64,000 nucleotides of DNA, from IMG/VR virus record IMGVR_UViG_3300009370_000001. One strand, given 5' to 3'. Origin of the DNA: a virus (taxonomy: Duplodnaviria > Caudoviricetes). Positions 58,383-64,000 of this stretch are shown here, one piece after another. Within the stretch, counting starts at the first letter, position 1, and every line of letters starts with the position of its first letter. The translations under genes and the position numbers were made by a program. The notes beneath the pieces were generated by a model. That model did not search any database and was not told the DNA's origin. It saw only the letters and a list, made by a program, of their open reading frames with translations.

Positions 58383-58979
58383 ATGCCATTCTGGTCAACC
58401 AATCATTCTAACAACCCCGCGCTAAACGATCCCAAAAGGTCATTTAGATTTGTAGTGCGCTTTAACGGACTTAGCGATAACACGCTTTGGTACGCAAAAA
58501 CCGCTACAAAGCCTTCTTTTCAAATCGCTTCGACAGAGCACAAGTATTTGAATCACACCTTTTATTATCCTGGCGCTGTTACGTGGCAGGATGTATCGGT
58601 AACATTGGTCGACCCAGTCGATCCTGACATGGCAGCATCCTTGACAGACATCGTTCAAGCCGGCGGATATAAAATTCCTACCCCGGGCGACAACAGCACG
58701 ATGACAAAGGCTAGCGCTTCGACGGCGCTGGGTGTTGTGACGGTCGAGCAGATCGATTCTAACGGAGTCGCCCTCGAAACCTGGACGCTTAACAATGCTT
58801 TCATTACTGAAATTAAGTACGGTGACTTAGAATACGGAAAAGATGATTTAACGGTATTGACGGTTACGATGAAGTACGATTGGGCAACTCTGGAAGCCCG
58901 AGGAAAGAGCATTCGCGATAAGACGACAGCCACTGGCGAGAAGAATAAGTTCTGGTCTGTCGGCGGCGGCAACAGCTAA
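58383..58979 (+). CDS. gp19: Tail tube protein (T4 gp19-like)
   Basis: PKRSFRF, WQDVSVTLVDP, and ETWTLNNAFITEIKYGDLEY; follows the sheath. Confidence 0.88.
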   Translation: MPFWSTNHSNNPALNDPKRSFRFVVRFNGLSDNTLWYAKTATKPSFQIASTEHKYLNHTFYYPGAVTWQDVSVTLVDPVDPDMAASLTDIVQAGGYKIPTPGDNSTMTKASASTALGVVTVEQIDSNGVALETWTLNNAFITEIKYGDLEYGKDDLTVLTVTMKYDWATLEARGKSIRDKTTATGEKNKFWSVGGGNS

Positions 58980-59008
58980 GAATTTTAACAAAGAACAAGA
59001 GGTGAATA

Positions 59009-59869
59009 TTGTCACGCAATAAAGATCGCTTGGGCATGGGTGACACCACCCCAGATAACAGTGGACCCCCACCCCAAGCGTTACAACAAGAAACATCGGG
59101 ATTCTCATTTGTGATCCCAACTGAATATGTAGAACTCCCCTCCCAGGGGCGATTCTATCCTGAAGACCACCCATTGCATGGGCAGGAAAGTATTGAGATT
59201 AAACAAATGACCGCCAAAGAGGAAGATATTTTAACTTCCCGGACACTCCTTAAAAAGGGGGTAGCTCTAGATCGAGTCATTCAGAACTTAATAATGGATA
59301 ATCGGATCAACGCCGATAATGTATTAGTAGGCGACAGAAATGCGATTCTTATTGCTATCCGTTCATCTGCGTATGGAAATATTTATACGACGAAAGTGAC
59401 GTGTCCTGCATGCGAAGCTTCGCAAGATTATTCTTTTGATCTAAACGAGGCGAATGTCTTTGATGGCACCACGGGGGAAACCGATCTGGATATTGTTAAC
59501 CACGGCGATGGGACGTTTGAAACGATCCTTCCCAGTACTCAAGTTACTGCTACTTTTCGACTTTTAATTGGCCGAGATGAAAAGGCCATTTTGAAAGGCG
59601 CCCGCAACAAGCAAAAGAGTTCTTACGAGAAAGCAGTTACAACTCAACTCCGCAATATGATTGTGGCTGTTAATGGTGATGATTCGACCCAGGCCTGTAA
59701 CTATTTGGTGGAAAACATTCCGTCTATAGATGCTCGCCATTTGCGACTCGCTTATAAGATGGTAGCTCCCAATATCGATTTAAACCAAGAGTTTAGCTGT
59801 GGCGAATGTGGCCATGATCAGGAAATGGAGGTTCCGCTGACCGCGGACTTTTTTTGGCCTGACCGATGA
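59009..59869 (+). CDS. Tail assembly chaperone / hub-assembly protein (gp26-like N-terminus, two CxxC pairs)
   Basis: GAGGTG RBS and TTG start; VELPSQGRFYP and MTAKEEDIL; CPAC and CGEC; between tube and tape measure. Confidence 0.7.
   Translation: MSRNKDRLGMGDTTPDNSGPPPQALQQETSGFSFVIPTEYVELPSQGRFYPEDHPLHGQESIEIKQMTAKEEDILTSRTLLKKGVALDRVIQNLIMDNRINADNVLVGDRNAILIAIRSSAYGNIYTTKVTCPACEASQDYSFDLNEANVFDGTTGETDLDIVNHGDGTFETILPSTQVTATFRLLIGRDEKAILKGARNKQKSSYEKAVTTQLRNMIVAVNGDDSTQACNYLVENIPSIDARHLRLAYKMVAPNIDLNQEFSCGECGHDQEMEVPLTADFFWPDR
59846..59857 (+). other. Candidate programmed frameshift site GAC TTT TTT TGG (T7 run at 59849-59855)
   Basis: A shift into the +1 (equivalently -2) frame gives F-F-G-L-T-D-E-Y continuing into the 59874 ORF. 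Confidence 0.6.
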
Positions 59870-59873
59870 ATAT

Positions 59874-60101
59874 GTGGAGAACGTGTATGAGCAGTTCTTC
59901 TTCTTAAAATATTCAGGCGGTTGGTCATTTACGGAAGCTTATAATCTTCCCGTAGGTCTTAGGACGTGGTTCGTAGAACGTCTCGTAAGACAGCTTGAGG
60001 CAGAATCGGACGCAATCGAAAAAGCTTCTCAGGGCGGCAAAGGCTCCAATATCCAGACTTTAACGCCTTTTAACCAGCCCACTGCACCTACGAAGTATTA
60101 A
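59874..60101 (+). CDS. Downstream chaperone segment (gpT-like), probably expressed as a frameshift fusion
   Basis: GTG start without a Shine-Dalgarno; frame open from 59841; YEQFFFLKYSGGWSFTEAYNLP. Confidence 0.6.
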   Translation: MENVYEQFFFLKYSGGWSFTEAYNLPVGLRTWFVERLVRQLEAESDAIEKASQGGKGSNIQTLTPFNQPTAPTKY

Positions 60102-60102
60102 G

Positions 60103-60128
60103 AGACAGGCATGCCCTGTCTTTTTTTT
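60103..60128 (+). terminator. Rho-independent terminator
   Basis: AGACAGG-CATGC-CCTGTCT followed by a T-tract. Confidence 0.75.
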
Positions 60129-60134
60129 ATGCAA

Positions 60135-60143
60135 ACTATTTAC
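60135..60143 (+). promoter_or_regulatory. Putative late promoter ACTATTTAC
   Basis: Between the terminator and the tape measure start. Confidence 0.6.
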
Positions 60144-60173
60144 TGAAGACGCTAGATCCCGGGAACTTAATAT

Positions 60174-62912
60174 ATGGCCGCGCCCACCAAGGAAGAACTA
60201 CGAAGACAACAGGAGGCTGTTGAACTTGCCAGAGAAGAACTTGAGCTTCTTAAAGCAAAGAAAGCCGCCGGCGATGATGTTGAAAGACAACTCCGGGACG
60301 CTCAAGGGGTCCTGACACAGAACCTCGATAAGGTGCGCGCAACTCAAGAGGCGCGCCGAAAGGAATCAACCGCCATCGAGGAACAAATTGATCTCCTTAA
60401 GCAACAGGAAGACCAGATCAGGACCTTGGGGCGAAGCCTTGAAAACAATCAGATGCTGCATGAGAATCAAATCGAACAGCAGCAGAAAATAATCGAGAAA
60501 GCACGCGAACAAATTTCTCTTCAAGACAAAAACACAGAGGCCGGCAAGAAGGCGATTCGCGTCCAGGAGTCGGCCATCAAAAACGCCCAGGAAAGACTAG
60601 AGCTAGCGCAAGAGCAAAACGCGGCCGCCGGTCGAGCCAATGATCTTATCAAGTCGCAACTGGGAGGAACAACCCAGCTAACCAACGCTATGGAGGAATA
60701 TGCGGAAGCCAGCAAAGCTGGACAAGGAAGCATGTATTTGCTGGCGAAAGCTACCGAGAAATCTGCAGGTGCATTTAACTTTATGCTTAGTTCTATTAAG
60801 AGCATGGTAATGGGCGCCCACATTGCCGAAAAGCAATTTGAAAAAACTTTCCAACTTCCTGCAGAATATACCACACGTTTGCATGAGAATTATAAAGCTT
60901 TAAATGAGTATGGCGTATCTGCTGAAGAAGCAGCAACAGCAACCGGAGATCTTGTAACGAATGTGACCGAATTCACAATGGCCAGCGGAACCCAGCAAGA
61001 CTCACTCGTAAAGACCACCGCACTTCTCGCCGAAACCGGCATTGCATCCGCCGATGTGGCAAAGGGTGTTCAAACGTCTATGAAGATGTTTGGACAGTCG
61101 ATTAAAGGCGCAGAAACCACAGCCTTAGAATTAGCTGCTGTTGCACGCGAACTTCAAGTGGTGCCCGGAGAAATGGCTGCGCAGTATGCCGCTATGGGAC
61201 CACAACTGGCCAAATTCGGCCAGGAGGGTATTTCTACATTCAAAGAACTCTCCCGTATCCAAAAGCTGACAGGCATGGAAATGGGCAAAGTCCTGCAAAT
61301 CGCCAACAAATTCGATACGTTCGAAGATGCTGCTACAGCGACTGGAAAGCTCAATGCTGCATTAGGTGGTAACTTTGTTAACGCGATGGATATGATGATG
61401 GACACCGATCCGGCCTCTCGTTTCGAGACCATTCGCGGCGCCATCGAGCAAGCAGGACTTTCGTTTGATACGATGTCTTATTATCAAAAGCAATTTTATA
61501 CTGACGCGTTGGGCTTGTCGGATGTAGGCGATTTAGCTTTAATGTTGAGCGGCCGCACCGATTTAATGACCGACGCCACAAACGCATCTGCCGAGTCCTA
61601 TGAGCAACAAGCGGAAAGGGCGAAATCAGTTCAAAATATCCAAGAACAGCTTCAAAACATTTTGGCAGACAATGCGGATGAATTTTTGAAACTGGCCACT
61701 ATGGCCGCCAAGTTCTTACACTTCCTTAGTGATAATATGTGGATAGTAAAAACGTTTACAGCGGTGTTAGGGGCCCTGAAAGTAATGCAAGTTGCATCTG
61801 CTATAACCACTGGCGCATTGTCAGTAGCCAACTTTCTGATGAAGGAATCTATGAGCAAGTCCAAAAAGGAGGCAATTCAATCAGGAGTTGCCCTAGGTGT
61901 TTTTGCCTTGGCTCTCGGTCTCATCGCCGCCGCAATGTTCATGAAGTCACCCTCTCTTCTGGTTATAGAACTCGTTGCTCTTGCAGGAGCCCTTTGGTTA
62001 ACCTCTAAAATCTTGAGTAAAGCAACCCCCGCAATGACGGCCGCCGGCGCCGGCATGGCCGCTTTTGGAGTTGGTTTGTGGGCGGTTATACCGCCTATCG
62101 CAATTCTTATTGTGTCTGTGGCAATATTGGCCGCTGGAATTGGCTATATGGCCTCCAGTTTTGGCGAAATGTTTAATGCGCTGAGCCCGGAAAAAATGGC
62201 ACTCGTAACCACATTTCTTTTATCATTTGGGTTAGGAGCTATAGGAATGGTAGCTGCAGGCGTCGGACTTATAGCATTTGCGATAGGAATGGGCGCCCTC
62301 GCATTTGCTCTAAAATTTATTGCCACAGATGATTTGACAGCTATTGCCACAATCATGGAATCTATCGGAGAAATTCCTACTGGAGGGATGGGTGATTCCG
62401 CTAGCGGTATTCGCGGTATTGCTACGGCTATTGATGAGATTTCTATAGATAGTTTGAGCGCCCTTGAAAAAACGGCGGCAGCTTTTAGCAGCTTAGGAAG
62501 CGCTGTTAGAGGCGCCCTGGTCCCCCTGCAAAGCTTAATGACTAGCATGTCCGCCCTACAAACAGACAACATTGCCGGCTTATCCACAGCACTACAAGGG
62601 ACTGCAGACGCGATCAGTGATATCCCCGTAATGAAAACAATGGTTTTGACGCTAGGCTTTGGAGCGATGGCTTTAGCTGCCACATCTCTGAAACCGATTG
62701 CCCTAGCCTTTGCTGCGGGAGGAGGCGGCGCCGCCGCTGGTCGCGCTTCGACCGCAGCCGCTCGCCCTGCTACCGGTGCACCCGGCGCAGGCGGAGGAAC
62801 TTCCGCACAAAATATTACAGTTCGTCTTGAATTAGACGGCAAACTTTTGGAAGAGAAAGTAGTTAAGATAATGGGCGATCAGTACAAGCCTATTTTTGCA
62901 GGACAAGGATAA
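60174..62912 (+). CDS. Tape measure protein
   Basis: 912 aa; N-terminal coiled coil, Ala/Gly-rich helical body with hydrophobic segments; follows the chaperone genes. Confidence 0.85.
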   Translation: MAAPTKEELRRQQEAVELAREELELLKAKKAAGDDVERQLRDAQGVLTQNLDKVRATQEARRKESTAIEEQIDLLKQQEDQIRTLGRSLENNQMLHENQIEQQQKIIEKAREQISLQDKNTEAGKKAIRVQESAIKNAQERLELAQEQNAAAGRANDLIKSQLGGTTQLTNAMEEYAEASKAGQGSMYLLAKATEKSAGAFNFMLSSIKSMVMGAHIAEKQFEKTFQLPAEYTTRLHENYKALNEYGVSAEEAATATGDLVTNVTEFTMASGTQQDSLVKTTALLAETGIASADVAKGVQTSMKMFGQSIKGAETTALELAAVARELQVVPGEMAAQYAAMGPQLAKFGQEGISTFKELSRIQKLTGMEMGKVLQIANKFDTFEDAATATGKLNAALGGNFVNAMDMMMDTDPASRFETIRGAIEQAGLSFDTMSYYQKQFYTDALGLSDVGDLALMLSGRTDLMTDATNASAESYEQQAERAKSVQNIQEQLQNILADNADEFLKLATMAAKFLHFLSDNMWIVKTFTAVLGALKVMQVASAITTGALSVANFLMKESMSKSKKEAIQSGVALGVFALALGLIAAAMFMKSPSLLVIELVALAGALWLTSKILSKATPAMTAAGAGMAAFGVGLWAVIPPIAILIVSVAILAAGIGYMASSFGEMFNALSPEKMALVTTFLLSFGLGAIGMVAAGVGLIAFAIGMGALAFALKFIATDDLTAIATIMESIGEIPTGGMGDSASGIRGIATAIDEISIDSLSALEKTAAAFSSLGSAVRGALVPLQSLMTSMSALQTDNIAGLSTALQGTADAISDIPVMKTMVLTLGFGAMALAATSLKPIALAFAAGGGGAAAGRASTAAARPATGAPGAGGGTSAQNITVRLELDGKLLEEKVVKIMGDQYKPIFAGQG

Positions 62913-62918
62913 TAATTA

Positions 62919-64000
62919 ATGTCTAGTGGCAACAACGATAACAACAACGATAAGCCTATTGGCTCCCACTGGTTTAGCAGTACTAAATTAAAGAGGAATG
63001 GTGGTGGAGTTGATCGCACATTCCCTCCGGACGAACTATATCAAAACAGGAGTGTTTATGGACCCGATGGCTCCGATATGCTCGCCAACAAAGGGTTTGT
63101 CATTGATATTAAACATGTTCCCAGCGGCCGCAGCTTGTTTTTTAAAGCTTTTATTGAAAATTACGTCGAAACTTATTCTCCGGACTGGAACTCAGAAACG
63201 GTTTATGGGCGCATGGATCCCATTTATCAGTTTAAGAACACGACACGTACTATTTCTCTGGCGTTAAAGATCCCTGCTGCCACCCAGAGCGAAGCTTACG
63301 AAAATCTCGCCAAGGTACAAGCGTTGGCACAATTTTTATATCCCACATATTTGGAACGAGGATCTGCTACCACTATCGCCCAATCGCCTCTTTTGAGATT
63401 GGGGGTGATGAACTTGGCCAGAGCCCAGGCCCCAGGCGCCGGCCCAGAAACTTATTCTAACCCTCAAGCATATCATACTTCTAAAGATGGGTTATTGGGG
63501 ATCTTAAAATCGCTTACCATTAATCATAATTTGTCCGGCGAAGCCGGTGTTATCGAGAGAGGTCCCACTGGAGGCAATCTTTTGCCAAAACTTATCGAGA
63601 TTAATTTTGACTTTGATGTGATCCACGAGCACTCATTAGGGTGGGATAGGGAAAACAATTTCCACCAACCTGCATTCCCATATGGGCTTGACTTTGAGGG
63701 CTCTTCCCCTATAAGTAAGGACGCTAACGACGAGCGCACCCTAAACATGACGGTCATGGTCGCGAATTTGGAGGCAGAAGACGACTTAAAGTCCGACTAT
63801 TACATGTCCCCCGATCAACTTACAGCGAACGCCGAAGCACGCTATGCGGCGTTGGTGCCTAGACCCACTATTACACGCATTGAGGGCTCCAATATAGATG
63901 CTGAAGGAGCCCCCAAAATGTACGAATACGAGAGCGACGTGGGAAGAGCAGCGACAGAATTGGCACTGCACACAGGCGAATATGATAAATCTGGATTCGA
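62919..64000 (+). CDS. Tube-fold baseplate/tube-initiator protein (gp48/gp54-like), 3'-truncated; absent from the ORF track
   Basis: Hand translation is open to the window end; DWNSETVYGRMDPIYQFKNTTRTISL motif; follows the tape measure gene. Confidence 0.65.
   Translation, partial: MSSGNNDNNNDKPIGSHWFSSTKLKRNGGGVDRTFPPDELYQNRSVYGPDGSDMLANKGFVIDIKHVPSGRSLFFKAFIENYVETYSPDWNSETVYGRMDPIYQFKNTTRTISLALKIPAATQSEAYENLAKVQALAQFLYPTYLERGSATTIAQSPLLRLGVMNLARAQAPGAGPETYSNPQAYHTSKDGLLGILKSLTINHNLSGEAGVIERGPTGGNLLPKLIEINFDFDVIHEHSLGWDRENNFHQPAFPYGLDFEGSSPISKDANDERTLNMTVMVANLEAEDDLKSDYYMSPDQLTANAEARYAALVPRPTITRIEGSNIDAEGAPKMYEYESDVGRAATELALHTGEYDKSGF

Noticed and set aside
59846-59857. Canonical -1 slippery heptamer
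   Set aside because: C TTT TTT is not X XXY YYZ, and the downstream ORF is in the +1/-2 frame.
62144-62842. 232-aa minus-strand ORF, and similar antisense ORFs such as 11427-11957, 39986-40432 and 50448-50918
   Set aside because: Each lies wholly opposite a well-supported + strand gene, has no RBS or motifs, and is explained by the codon bias of the sense gene.
1-64000. Alternative genetic code (stop recoding, as in some jumbo phages)
   Set aside because: Hallmark genes are intact in the standard code, and TAA, TAG and TGA all end genes at tight junctions.
1-64000. CRISPR arrays, tRNA/rRNA genes, integrases and transposases
   Set aside because: No repeat-spacer periodicity, cloverleaf or recombinase motifs were seen by eye, and the intergenic gaps are short. 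A tRNAscan/Infernal run would be needed to exclude them fully.

Overview
This window is the virion-morphogenesis region of a large (jumbo-type) T4-like myophage. Every supported gene is on the + strand and reads in the standard code. Gene order: a baseplate/tail-associated cluster with paralog pairs (1-19659); RuvC-like resolvase and DnaG-type primase; a small sigma70-driven inserted cassette flanked by two copies of the primase 3' end; a fused Mre11/Rad50 (SbcD-SbcC) gene; a ParB/Srx-fold protein and a tubulin/FtsZ-family GTPase; small membrane and lysis-like genes; terminase, portal, prohead protease and a ribosomal protein bS21 homolog; an array of fibre-like paralogs; scaffold and major capsid protein; neck, sheath and tube genes; a tail chaperone with a probable programmed frameshift; tape measure; and a truncated tube-like baseplate gene. 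A recurrent ACTA(T/A)TTA motif marks putative late promoters. A family of proteins shares short N-terminal leaders (MK[IV]TKxxLxxII.EE and MKLL.E.W..F..E) that may target cargo into the head. Strong Shine-Dalgarno use and consensus sigma70 promoters argue against a Bacteroidota host. Product calls come from motif recognition and gene order only; no database searches were run.
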